Shown: one piece after another, positions 1 to 8,457 of the stretch
How positions within the stretch are numbered: the first letter of the stretch is position 1
Layout of the letters: each line of letters opens with the position of its first letter
Assembly: GCA_050117845.1 (NCBI GenBank)
Contig: JASFLY010000015.1
Location: forward strand, 1 to 62,578
DNA length: 62,578 nt
Reading direction: 5' to 3'
DNA from: Candidatus Zixiibacteriota bacterium
GTDB taxonomy: Bacteria > RBG-13-66-14 > B26-G2 > WVWN01
Position numbers and translations under genes: made by a program
The notes under the pieces: model-generated
What the model was told of the DNA's origin: nothing
The model's database searches: none
The model's input: only the letters and a program-made list of their open reading frames with translations

Positions 1-421
1 CCTCCCGAGGCCGCACCTGAAGGTACGGCCCTACGGTTGTCTTCTAAGGAGCCGGTTTATTTTCGTAGTGTTTATGTAGGGCCTGACCTTCAGGTCTGGC
101 CACAAAATTCTCTTATTGATAAGAGATTTTCGAGGCCGCACCTAAAGGTACGGCCCTACTTTAACTGCTCCCGAGGCCGCACCTGAAGGTACGGTCCTAC
201 GGTTGTCTTCTAAGGAGCCGGTTTATTTTCGTAGTGTTTATGTAGGGCCTGACTTGCCGGTCGGCCCGCCGCCGGTTGAAACCGGCGGTTAACGCCGAGC
301 GGGTCAGGCACCGGCCGCTGAAGCGGCCGGCCTGGATTTAATAGGGGTGCCACCGACATTCCTGTCGGTCAATTAGAGTCAACCAGCGATAATGCCGGTG
401 CCACCCGAAGATACGGCCCTA
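1..421. repeat. REP-like palindrome mosaic cluster 1 (may extend past the window start)
   Basis: GTAGGGCCTGACCTTCAGGTCTGGCC (76-101) with inverted partner GGCCGCACCTAAAGGTACGGCCCTAC (134-159); near-exact direct repeat 2-87 / 168-253; CCGCCGGTTGAAACCGGCGG (269), CCGGCCGCTGAAGCGGCCGG (311), GTGCCACCGACATTCCTGTCGGT (347). Confidence 0.9.
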
Positions 422-424
422 GTT

Positions 425-1078
425 TTACCTCCACGGGCAGAGCTTTACCTGGTCCTCGCCGATAATCGTCTTCCAGAAATCGATTACGGCCTGGACGCGT
501 TTCGCCCGTTCCTCGAGGTCGCCGTTCTCGGCCTCGTAGACGTCGGCCTTGAGGTGCATCCGGGCCGCCTCGGCCTTCACCGCCATTATCTGCTCGGCGA
601 TATCGCCTTCGCCGGCGGCCTCGTTGGCCTTCACCTCGGCGCGGAGCATTTCGTAATCCGACGATATCGCGGGCCGGTCCGACGGCACACCGGCCGCCAT
701 AAGTAACAAGTTGTCGGCTATTAATCGTATAGTGGCCATTTCTTCTTCGAGGACATCTTCGGGGGGTGAATCGTAGCGTGCGCGGCGCCAACCTGCGGCG
801 TCTTCTACGGCTCTCAGGTAAGCCGTGGCGTCGGAAATGAATTCTGCCTCTCGGGGGGTTCCTCCGTGGAGGTTCGCCCATACCCATAATTGGCGTAGCG
901 CGCCGTCAACGTGGGTGGACGTCGCGTCGCGGTCCGTATCGTACGTTACGAGGACGCGCTCGAGTTCGATTGCCGCGATGCCGAGTTCGTCCTTACCCGG
1001 GACGCCGGGGGCGTCCTCCCCCCGCGCCCCCGCCGCGAAGGCCGCGAGTAGTATAAGTATAAAAATCCCGCGCAACAT
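425..1078 (-). CDS. Secreted hypothetical protein, helical and acidic
   Basis: 217 aa; N-terminal signal peptide MLRGIFILILLAAFAAGARG; protein-like composition unlike the overlapping ORFs. Confidence 0.7.
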   Translation of the reverse strand: MLRGIFILILLAAFAAGARGEDAPGVPGKDELGIAAIELERVLVTYDTDRDATSTHVDGALRQLWVWANLHGGTPREAEFISDATAYLRAVEDAAGWRRARYDSPPEDVLEEEMATIRLIADNLLLMAAGVPSDRPAISSDYEMLRAEVKANEAAGEGDIAEQIMAVKAEAARMHLKADVYEAENGDLEERAKRVQAVIDFWKTIIGEDQVKLCPWR

Positions 1079-1131
1079 CTTTTCCGCTCCCGCGTATTAA
1101 CTGTCGAGGTCGTGCGTTCGGCGCGCCGGCC

Positions 1132-2088
1132 TTAAGGCCCGGCGGCCTCGGCCGTCGGGCCGAGTTCATCCAGGAGTTCCGGCCGGCAGACCCGGAGGAA
1201 GTTGCACCGTTCGCAGCGGCGCTCGTCGTCGGTGCGGACGAATCGCTCCTCGGGCAGCGGGACGTTGTTCTCCACGTCGTCGAGCAGCAGCCGCATGTCG
1301 TCGAAGGCCGCGCGCATATACGTCACCGTGGCGTCGAGGTCCTCGGCCGTGACGGCGAACTCGCGCTCGTCGTCGTGGAACAGATTGTACTCCCGGGCCA
1401 CGACGCGCGAGGCGTCGGCGTTCCACTTCTGGCCCGCGTACAGCGCGTAGCACGAGAGCTGCAGGGACGTCTCTTCCGAGAGCCGTTTGCCCGTCTTCCA
1501 ATCGTAGATGACGACCTGCCCCTCGTCGCCGCGGTACGCGCAGTCCAGCTTGACCCAGACCTTTACGCCGTCGAGGAAGAAGTGGGCCCACTCCTCGGCC
1601 TCCAGCCACGCCTCCCGCGGCAGGGCTTGCAGCCGGCCGTAGACCTCCGAATCGTAGAAGGTCCGGAGGCACTGCTCGACCTGGGCCGCGGCGTCGCGCC
1701 AGTCGTCCTCGCCCCGCCCCGTGCCGTACTCGTGCTCGAAGAGGCCCAGGCTCTTGGGCCGCTGGCGATACCGGCCGTGCCAGCTAGAGACGTACTCCTG
1801 CCGCATCTTCTTGAGCGTGACGTCGATGATGCGGTCGACCGCGAGGCCCGGCTGGCCCCAGCGCAAATTCTGCAGCGTGTGGTCGATGCAGTCGTGGACC
1901 TTCTGGCCGATCCACGTCGGCACGGAGTCCAGGTTTTTCAGGACGTATATCTGCCGGGTGCGCTCGTCGGCGTCCTTCAGCCAGCCGCCCCAGAACGCGT
2001 AATATTGAAAATAGTACTTGCGCGGGCAGGTCCTCAGGACCTCCTCCCGCGACTTCGACCAGGACAGCTCGTTTTTTATCTCACCCAT
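1132..2088 (-). CDS. PD-(D/E)XK nuclease family protein (RecB/AddB/Cas4-like, probable Fe-S staple)
   Basis: LSWS...CPRKYYFQY N-terminus, KLD...IYDWKTG nuclease motif, QLSCYALY, C-terminal CERCNFLRVC. Confidence 0.85.
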   Translation of the reverse strand: MGEIKNELSWSKSREEVLRTCPRKYYFQYYAFWGGWLKDADERTRQIYVLKNLDSVPTWIGQKVHDCIDHTLQNLRWGQPGLAVDRIIDVTLKKMRQEYVSSWHGRYRQRPKSLGLFEHEYGTGRGEDDWRDAAAQVEQCLRTFYDSEVYGRLQALPREAWLEAEEWAHFFLDGVKVWVKLDCAYRGDEGQVVIYDWKTGKRLSEETSLQLSCYALYAGQKWNADASRVVAREYNLFHDDEREFAVTAEDLDATVTYMRAAFDDMRLLLDDVENNVPLPEERFVRTDDERRCERCNFLRVCRPELLDELGPTAEAAGP

Positions 2089-2155
2089 AGTGCAGTTATT
2101 CTAATAAGCCGGCCGGCCCGCCGCAAGGCCTTTCCGCCGGCGTCTCGTCGGCGCG

Positions 2156-2909
2156 CCGCCGGTTGAAACCGGCGGTTTTGATTTAATAGGGGTGCCACCG
2201 ACATTCCTGTCGGTGATTAAAAGCCCACCGGCAAGAATGCCGGTGCCACTCCTGTCGGTGATTTAAGGTTGTGTTTATGTAGGGCCTGACCTTTAGGTCT
2301 GGCCACGATAGGTTTTTATTAATCGGTGAATTTCCGGGTTTATAAATTCTCTCATTGTTAAGTGCTTTTCGTGGCCGCATCTAAAGATACGGCCCTACGG
2401 TTGAACGCGCCGCCGGTTAAAACCGGCGGTTAACGCCGGGCTGGTTAGGCACCGGCCGCTGAAGCGGCCGGCATGAATTTAATAGGGGTGCCACCGACAT
2501 TCCTGTCGGTGATTTAAGGTTGTGTTTATGTAGGGCCTGACCTTTAGGTCTGGCCACGATAGGTTCTTATTAATCGGTGAATTTCCGGGTTTATAAATTC
2601 TCTCATTGTTAAGTGCTTTCGGTGGCCGCATCTAAAGATACGGCCCTACGGTTGAGCGCGCCGCCGGTTAAAACCGGCGGTTAACGCCGGGCGGGTCAGG
2701 TACCGGCCGCTGAAGCGGCCGGTATGAATTTAATAGGGGTGCCACCGACATTCCTGTCGGTGATTAAAAGTCCACCGGCAAGAATGCCGGTGCCACGCCT
2801 GTCGGTGATTAGGGGTTGTGTTTACGTAGGGCCTGACCTTTAGGTCTGGCCGCCAAATTCTCTTATTAATAAAAGATTATTGTGGCCGCATCTAAAGATA
2901 CGGCCCTAC
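2156..2909. repeat. REP-like palindrome mosaic cluster 2 with a 251-bp tandem duplication
   Basis: Same modules as cluster 1; CCTGTCGGTGATT recurs at 2251, 2502 and 2753 with near-identical intervening sequence. Confidence 0.9.
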
Positions 2910-3052
2910 TTTTCAATTAAACTTTAAACTAACCTCGGCGGTGTGGGGTCGTATAACAGTGCGCGCCGAACGCCACCGGCCTTAATCGTATTGGGATTTA
3001 ATATTTTTAGGGCGGCCTGCGCGCCGCGTTTTCCCGGAAAGGAGACGCGTCC

Positions 3053-3607
3053 ATGAAGAAAAGCTTAACGTTACTTTTGTGCGCCGTCGTCGTGCCCGGT
3101 ATGGCTTTGGCCTTTACCGAATACGTCGACGAGGCGATGGCGGATTTAGAGGAAGACCTGGCGGAAATTGGGGTACCGTTCGGCGAATCGTCGGACGACC
3201 CGGCGGCCGTCACTCCCGACGACCCCGCGGCCCCCGCGCCCGACGGCCCGGCCTCGCCCGGCGCCCCGGGCACCAATCCCACCGGCCCGGCCAAGAAGGT
3301 GAAGAAGGATTATTCTCCCGAGGGCGAAACCACGCTTATAGTAACCTCCTCGCCGGCGGCCGCCCGCGTCACCGTGGACGGCAAGGAAGTCGGCACGACG
3401 CCGCTCTACTGCACCGACCTCGAGCCCGGCCGCCACAACGTTAAGGTGGCCGACCTGAGCGACGAGGTCGAGCTGCGCCCCGGCGGCATTACCCATCTGG
3501 ACGTCACCTACACCGGGACCGGCGACAAGACGGACGACAAGGCCGTCGCCGGCAAATACATCGACAACCGCGACAACTATTTCGAGCTTCACATCGGCGA
3601 TAAATAG
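3053..3607 (+). CDS. Secreted PEGA domain protein
   Basis: RBS AAAGGAG, signal peptide, Pro/Ala/Asp linker, PEGA signature LIVTSSPAAARVTVDGKEVGTTP...LEPGRHNVKV. Confidence 0.8.
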   Translation: MKKSLTLLLCAVVVPGMALAFTEYVDEAMADLEEDLAEIGVPFGESSDDPAAVTPDDPAAPAPDGPASPGAPGTNPTGPAKKVKKDYSPEGETTLIVTSSPAAARVTVDGKEVGTTPLYCTDLEPGRHNVKVADLSDEVELRPGGITHLDVTYTGTGDKTDDKAVAGKYIDNRDNYFELHIGDK

Positions 3608-3744
3608 GACGCCTTTCCCCTTAGGCGTACCGAACCGTAGAGGCGCGCCCCCCGGGGCGCGCCTTTGACCTTGCCGGGGCGTATGACGGGCGGGCGTTTT
3701 ATTTGGAGAACAAGGCCGATTTATGGTATAAGTTAAGCGCACAT

Positions 3745-3816
3745 GCGGGCGTAATTCAGGGGCAGAATGCAAGCTTCCCAAGCTTGACGTCGAGGGTTCG
3801 AATCCCTTCGCCCGCT
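3745..3816 (+). tRNA. tRNA-Gly (anticodon CCC)
   Basis: Acceptor stem GCGGGCG/CGCCCGC; anticodon arm CAAGC-TTCCCAA-GCTTG (CCC at 3777-3779); T arm GAGGG-TTCGAAT-CCCTT; 3' CCA not encoded. Confidence 0.95.
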
Positions 3817-3875
3817 CATTAACAGGCGTCAGGTCCGTATACCTGGCGCCCTTTCGTTAACGAAACCGGGTAACG

Positions 3876-5114
3876 ATGGCGAAGTTCACGGGCAAATACG
3901 ACGAGATACTGCGGGGCGTCGTCCTGCTGGTCCTGTTGGGCCTGTTGCTGTGGCATTTCCTGGCCGCGGTCGACGTTATCCTGACGCCGCTCGTTTTGGG
4001 CCTGGCCATAATCATCGTCTCGTTCGCGATGCGGACGACGTGGGCCCGAGGCGTCGGCTACTTCGTGGCGGCGCTCGGCGTCATGTGGTTCGTCAGCGAG
4101 ATATGGGGCCTCTTGTTCCCCTTCCTCGCCGGTTTCGTTATAGCCTACCTCCTGTCGCCCATCGTGGACCGCCTCCACGAGCGCGGCGTTCCCCGCGGCC
4201 TCTCGGCGCTGGTCCTCATCCTCCTCGCGCTGATGGCGGTGGCCGCGGCCCTGCTCATCGTCGTCCCGCCCATTATCGTCCAGATATCCCAGCTCGTCGC
4301 GGCGCTGGGGCACCTGCCGGGCCAGCTCCAGGATATGATGACGCGGGCCAACGAGTGGGTCATATCCCTCGAAGATTACGAAATGTCGCCCTACGCCCAG
4401 CCCCTCGTCGACAACCTGGCCACCCGGTCCCAGGACCTCTTCGCCGACGTACTTGAGCGCATACTGAACTTCGTAACGTCGGTCTCCAAACTCGCGACCC
4501 ACATCGTCAACATCGTAATAACGCCCATCTTCACGTTCTACCTCCTGCGCGACATGCCCAAGATAAAGAAGTGGATACGGGAACGGATCCCGCGGCGCAT
4601 CCTGACCGAGGCCACCGAGACCGCCCGGGAGATAGATCAGGTCCTATCCGGCTTCATCCGCGGCCAGTTCATCGTATCGACCATCGAGGCGGGTTTCATA
4701 AGCCTGGGCCTCACGGTCATCGGCGTCGAGTCGGCGCTGCTCTTGGGCCTCTTCGCCGGCTTCGCCAACATGATCCCGTACGTCGGCACCTACATCGGCG
4801 CCATCCCCGCGCTCATCGTCATCCTGCTCGGCGAGGACGTGGGCCGCAAGCTCGTACTCTCGCTCATCCTCTACGTCATCGTGAACGTCGTGGACGGCTA
4901 CATCCTCGCGCCCCGCATCGTCGGCAAGCGGGTGGGCCTGCACCCGGTGGTGACGATGATCGCGATGCTCGCGGGCGCCAAGTTCTTCGGCGTCGTCGGT
5001 TTCCTCGCCGCGGTACCCGTAACGGCGACCCTCAAGATATTCGCGAAAAAACTCGAGAAGGCGTATCTGAACGGGTCGTTTTTCAGGCACCCGCCAAAGG
5101 CCGACGATGCCTGA
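3876..5114 (+). CDS. AI-2E family (PerM-like) transporter
   Basis: Multi-TM; AYLLSPIVDRL, IPYVG, ILAPRIVGKRVGLHP motifs. Confidence 0.9.
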   Translation: MAKFTGKYDEILRGVVLLVLLGLLLWHFLAAVDVILTPLVLGLAIIIVSFAMRTTWARGVGYFVAALGVMWFVSEIWGLLFPFLAGFVIAYLLSPIVDRLHERGVPRGLSALVLILLALMAVAAALLIVVPPIIVQISQLVAALGHLPGQLQDMMTRANEWVISLEDYEMSPYAQPLVDNLATRSQDLFADVLERILNFVTSVSKLATHIVNIVITPIFTFYLLRDMPKIKKWIRERIPRRILTEATETAREIDQVLSGFIRGQFIVSTIEAGFISLGLTVIGVESALLLGLFAGFANMIPYVGTYIGAIPALIVILLGEDVGRKLVLSLILYVIVNVVDGYILAPRIVGKRVGLHPVVTMIAMLAGAKFFGVVGFLAAVPVTATLKIFAKKLEKAYLNGSFFRHPPKADDA

Positions 5115-5168
5115 TTCCCTCCGGTTCTCCTCCTCCCCCCGTCCGGGGGGCCTTTCGTTAGGCCGCGA

Positions 5169-5197
5169 TTGACATAACGCCTTGATTTATATACTAT
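5169..5197 (+). promoter_or_regulatory. Sigma70-type promoter of the CBS/cNMP operon
   Basis: TTGACA (5169-5174), 17-bp spacer, TACTAT (5192-5197), just upstream of ATG 5220. Confidence 0.65.
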
Positions 5198-5219
5198 AAG
5201 CTTTCCGGGGACTGCGTTT

Positions 5220-6515
5220 ATGGAGAGATTCCTGCAAGAGCTCATTCGGGCCGACTTCAACCGCCTCCTGCGCCGGGAACGGCTGGACGTTTCGGCCGAG
5301 GCCGAGCGCCTCATCTTCCTCCAAACCATCGAGGGCCACGCCCACAACGGCCACGGCGAATTCCGCCAACAGCGCTTCGTCGACCTGACGACCGCCGACG
5401 TGGTTCGGGCCCTGCGGCTCGACGCGGCCGAGGTCAAGCGGACGCGCCAGAATTACATCGACGAGATATTCGAGTGGGCCCGCCTGGCCATCGCAGGGAA
5501 CGCCCCGAAGGCGCTCGTCAACGCCGACGGCAAACCGCTTTTGACCGCGCCCATCCTGGCCGGCGTCGAGGTCGAACCGATGGCCGTTCTGCAGGGCCTG
5601 TATATGGGCGGCCTGCGCGACAACTCGGACGTCCGGGCGGCGGTGGAGGAGGAGCGTGGCATCACCATCGGCGGCGGCTCGAGCTACGTCGTCGACACTA
5701 CGGTCATGCGCGAGATGGGCCTGGACGGCGAGTCGCTGTCCCACGACGCCCACGGCGACGACATCGCCGATTTCCGCGAAAAGGGCCTCATCGTCGACGT
5801 CCCGGACGAGGAGATAGACGACGACCATTACCGCTACCTGTACGTCCGCGACCGCGTGGGCCCCGGCCACTCCGACGACGCGGCCGTGGTCTTCGCGGGC
5901 ATGCTGTGGGGCGAAAGCGCGGCGTTGGGGGTCTTTCTCGCCGACGCCGTCGACACCGTCGAGAAGTACGCCGAGAAGTACGAGGACCAGGACGACGAGC
6001 TGGCCCGGTTCGTGGCCGAGAGTTCGGCCTTCGACCCCTCGTGGGAGGAGGACCTCCACGACCTGACTTACCTCGCCGCCACGCCCGACGACGCCGATAA
6101 CGTCGTGCCCGATTCGTCCCTGCGCTACATGCTCCGCATCGACACCGACGGCAACCGCTGCGCCCTGCAGAACCACCTGGACTTCATCGCCGGCCGGCCC
6201 ACGGTCCCGATGATCCTCGGCTTCGACCGCGTGTTGAGCGTCAAGTTCTACCGCTGGGTGCGGGAGCAGCTGGTGCGCTACGACGGCCGGGTCGCCGCGC
6301 GGCCTCGCGCCCCGGCGGCGCTGGGCTCGCTCGCCGGCTTCGTGGACCGAAACTTTTTAACCGTCAACGTGAACGACGGCCCGGAGGAGCTGGCGGAGGC
6401 GTTCTCGAACTCCAACGCCGAAGTGGCCGTGGTGCTCGACGACGGCGGCGCGGTGGTGGGGACCTTGCGCGCCGCGGACTTGCTTCGATTTTTATGGGGG
6501 AAACACGGGAAATGA
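5220..6515 (+). CDS. Hypothetical protein with C-terminal CBS-like domain
   Basis: 431 aa; unrecognised acidic N-terminal domain; C-terminal FLTVNVND...AVVLDDGGAVVGTLRAADLLRF is CBS-like. Confidence 0.75.
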   Translation: MERFLQELIRADFNRLLRRERLDVSAEAERLIFLQTIEGHAHNGHGEFRQQRFVDLTTADVVRALRLDAAEVKRTRQNYIDEIFEWARLAIAGNAPKALVNADGKPLLTAPILAGVEVEPMAVLQGLYMGGLRDNSDVRAAVEEERGITIGGGSSYVVDTTVMREMGLDGESLSHDAHGDDIADFREKGLIVDVPDEEIDDDHYRYLYVRDRVGPGHSDDAAVVFAGMLWGESAALGVFLADAVDTVEKYAEKYEDQDDELARFVAESSAFDPSWEEDLHDLTYLAATPDDADNVVPDSSLRYMLRIDTDGNRCALQNHLDFIAGRPTVPMILGFDRVLSVKFYRWVREQLVRYDGRVAARPRAPAALGSLAGFVDRNFLTVNVNDGPEELAEAFSNSNAEVAVVLDDGGAVVGTLRAADLLRFLWGKHGK

Positions 6516-6973
6516 TTCAGCGCGAGGAATTGAGGAAGAACCGCCTGTTCGGCGACTTCACGGACCAGGAACTCGACATGGTTCGCGTGGTGGCCGAGGA
6601 GGGGGTGTTCGACGACGGCTACAGGATAATCGAAGAGGGGACCCACGGCGAGCGGCTGTACTTCATCGACGCCGGGAAGTGCTCGGTGACGACGCAGATT
6701 TCGGGCGCCGGAACCGAGGAGATAAAGCTGATGGAGCCCGGCGACTTCTTCGGCGAGATGTCGCTTATAGAGTCGGCGCCGGTCTCGGCGTCGGTCTACA
6801 CCCGGGGGAAATGCCGCCTCATATGGATCGACCGGAAGTCCTTCGACCGGCTCATCGCCGAGGAGATGCCGGTCGCGAACAAACTACTGCGGGCCATAAT
6901 CCTCACGTTCTGCGAGCGCGTCCGTGATACGGCCGGGAAGATAGAGAGCTACTATAAGATGAGCAAGTTCTAA
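6512..6973 (+). CDS. Stand-alone cyclic nucleotide-binding domain protein
   Basis: IIEEG...LYFI..GKC, PGDFFGEMSLI; ATG 6512 overlaps the upstream stop (ATGA); no HTH. Confidence 0.85.
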   Translation: MIQREELRKNRLFGDFTDQELDMVRVVAEEGVFDDGYRIIEEGTHGERLYFIDAGKCSVTTQISGAGTEEIKLMEPGDFFGEMSLIESAPVSASVYTRGKCRLIWIDRKSFDRLIAEEMPVANKLLRAIILTFCERVRDTAGKIESYYKMSKF

Positions 6974-6982
6974 CGGGGGGCC

Positions 6983-7447
6983 ATGAAAGAGCGAATCGAA
7001 CTGTTGAAACGGTGCGAGCTTTTCAAGACCCTCCCGCCCGAGGGCCTGGAGGCCGTAGCCGAGCGATGCGTGCCGGAGGACGTGGAGGCCGGCGGGACCA
7101 TACTCGTCGAGACCCGGCCCGCCGAAAGCCTGTACGTCGTCGCGGCGGGCACCGTCGATTACATCAAACGCGTGGACGAGAAGCGGGGGCTGGTGTTGTT
7201 CCGCTGGCAGGTAGGCGACTGCTTCGGCTTGCATTCGGTCATGGACGGCAAGGAGCATTGCGTTTCGGCCGTCGCCAAGGGGCCGGTCAAGCTCCTGCGC
7301 CTGCCGGTTCTGGACTTCCGGGCCGTGTGCGAGGAGGATCCGCTCTTCGAGCACCGCATGTTGCGCCAAATCCTGGGGGTGCAGAGCCACCGCCTGCGCC
7401 AGATAACGAACCGCTTACGCGAGTTCTTGGCCAAAATAGTCAAGTAA
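6983..7447 (+). CDS. Second stand-alone cNMP-binding domain protein (degenerate)
   Basis: LKRCELFKTL, SLYVVAAGTV, VGDCFGLHSV; canonical GE is replaced. Confidence 0.8.
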   Translation: MKERIELLKRCELFKTLPPEGLEAVAERCVPEDVEAGGTILVETRPAESLYVVAAGTVDYIKRVDEKRGLVLFRWQVGDCFGLHSVMDGKEHCVSAVAKGPVKLLRLPVLDFRAVCEEDPLFEHRMLRQILGVQSHRLRQITNRLREFLAKIVK

Positions 7448-7574
7448 CCCCGCCGGAGCACAAGGGTTTTACGATGGCGACGTCGTGGGGACGGCTTCCG
7501 CCTTACAGGCGGGCCGTATTATATTTAAGGCCGGGGCCGGCTCTTCCGGCGGCGCCCCGGAAAGGATTGCCCCG

Positions 7575-8420
7575 GTGACCGAAGAGAAAGTCGAACCCGC
7601 CGAAACTGCAACCACCGCTAAGCCGCGGCGTTCGTCCGCCCGGCGGAAGTCCGTGGCCCGGGAATACGCCGAGGCCCTACTAATCGCGGTCGTCCTGGCG
7701 TTCTTTTTGCGGGCCTTCGTCGTCCAGGCGTACAGGATTCCGTCCGGTTCCATGAAATACACGCTGCTCGTCGGCGACTATGTAGTGGTGGAGAAGGTCA
7801 GTTTTCACTTTCGGGAGCCGGCGCCCGGCGACGTCGTCGTCTTCAAATATCCCCACCAGGACAACGAGATGACGGTGGGGAAGTGGTTCCGCGAGGCGTA
7901 CGAGCTCGTCGTGCACCGGCACCGCGTTCCGCGGCGCGACTACGTCAAGCGGATAGTGGGCGGCCCGGGGGACGTCGTGGCGGGCAAGAACGGCCGTCTC
8001 TTCGTCAACGGCCGGCCGCAGACCGAGCCCTACGCCGACCACCCCCCGCCGGACGAGGAGTTCGGGCCGTTCAAGGTGCCGGCGGATTCCTACTTCGTAA
8101 TGGGCGACAACCGCGACGAGAGCCGCGACAGCCGGCACTGGGGCTTCGTCCCCCGCGACCTTATTCGGGGGAGGGCCTGGGGCGTTTACTGGTCCCGGAT
8201 ACCGTCGTACTGCCCCAAGCATCGCTCGAAAGTAACGCGGCTCTACCGGACGCGACGGGCCGGCACCGAGGGCGGAGAAGCGCCGTCCCCGGATAAGATA
8301 GAATACATATGTGACGCCGGCGGCGAAATCCTGCTCGACGGGGAGGACGTCCGCCATACGAAATGGTACGAGTTCTGGCGGCGCGTCCGCTGGGACCGGG
8401 TTTTCACGCGGATCGAGTAG
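7575..8420 (+). CDS. lepB: Signal peptidase I
   Basis: IPSGSM (Ser), DYVKRIVG (Lys), MGDNRDESRDSRHWG; GTG 7575 follows GAAAGGA (ORF track starts at 7485). Confidence 0.92.
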   Translation: MTEEKVEPAETATTAKPRRSSARRKSVAREYAEALLIAVVLAFFLRAFVVQAYRIPSGSMKYTLLVGDYVVVEKVSFHFREPAPGDVVVFKYPHQDNEMTVGKWFREAYELVVHRHRVPRRDYVKRIVGGPGDVVAGKNGRLFVNGRPQTEPYADHPPPDEEFGPFKVPADSYFVMGDNRDESRDSRHWGFVPRDLIRGRAWGVYWSRIPSYCPKHRSKVTRLYRTRRAGTEGGEAPSPDKIEYICDAGGEILLDGEDVRHTKWYEFWRRVRWDRVFTRIE

Positions 8421-8457
8421 GCCGGCCTTAACCTGCGCTCCGGCGCGTTAAAAACTA

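Noticed and set aside
2183..2380. Small ORFs inside repeat clusters (also 20618-20800 and 27542-28072)
   Set aside because: Translations of the palindromic modules with no RBS or coding signature.
1..2909. CRISPR array next to a Cas4-like gene
   Set aside because: Repeats are several different palindromes, intervening sequences are themselves repeated, spacing is irregular, and no cas1/cas2 or effector genes are present.
3745..3816. tRNA-Gly as an island integration site
   Set aside because: No integrase and no duplicated tRNA 3' end seen in the window.
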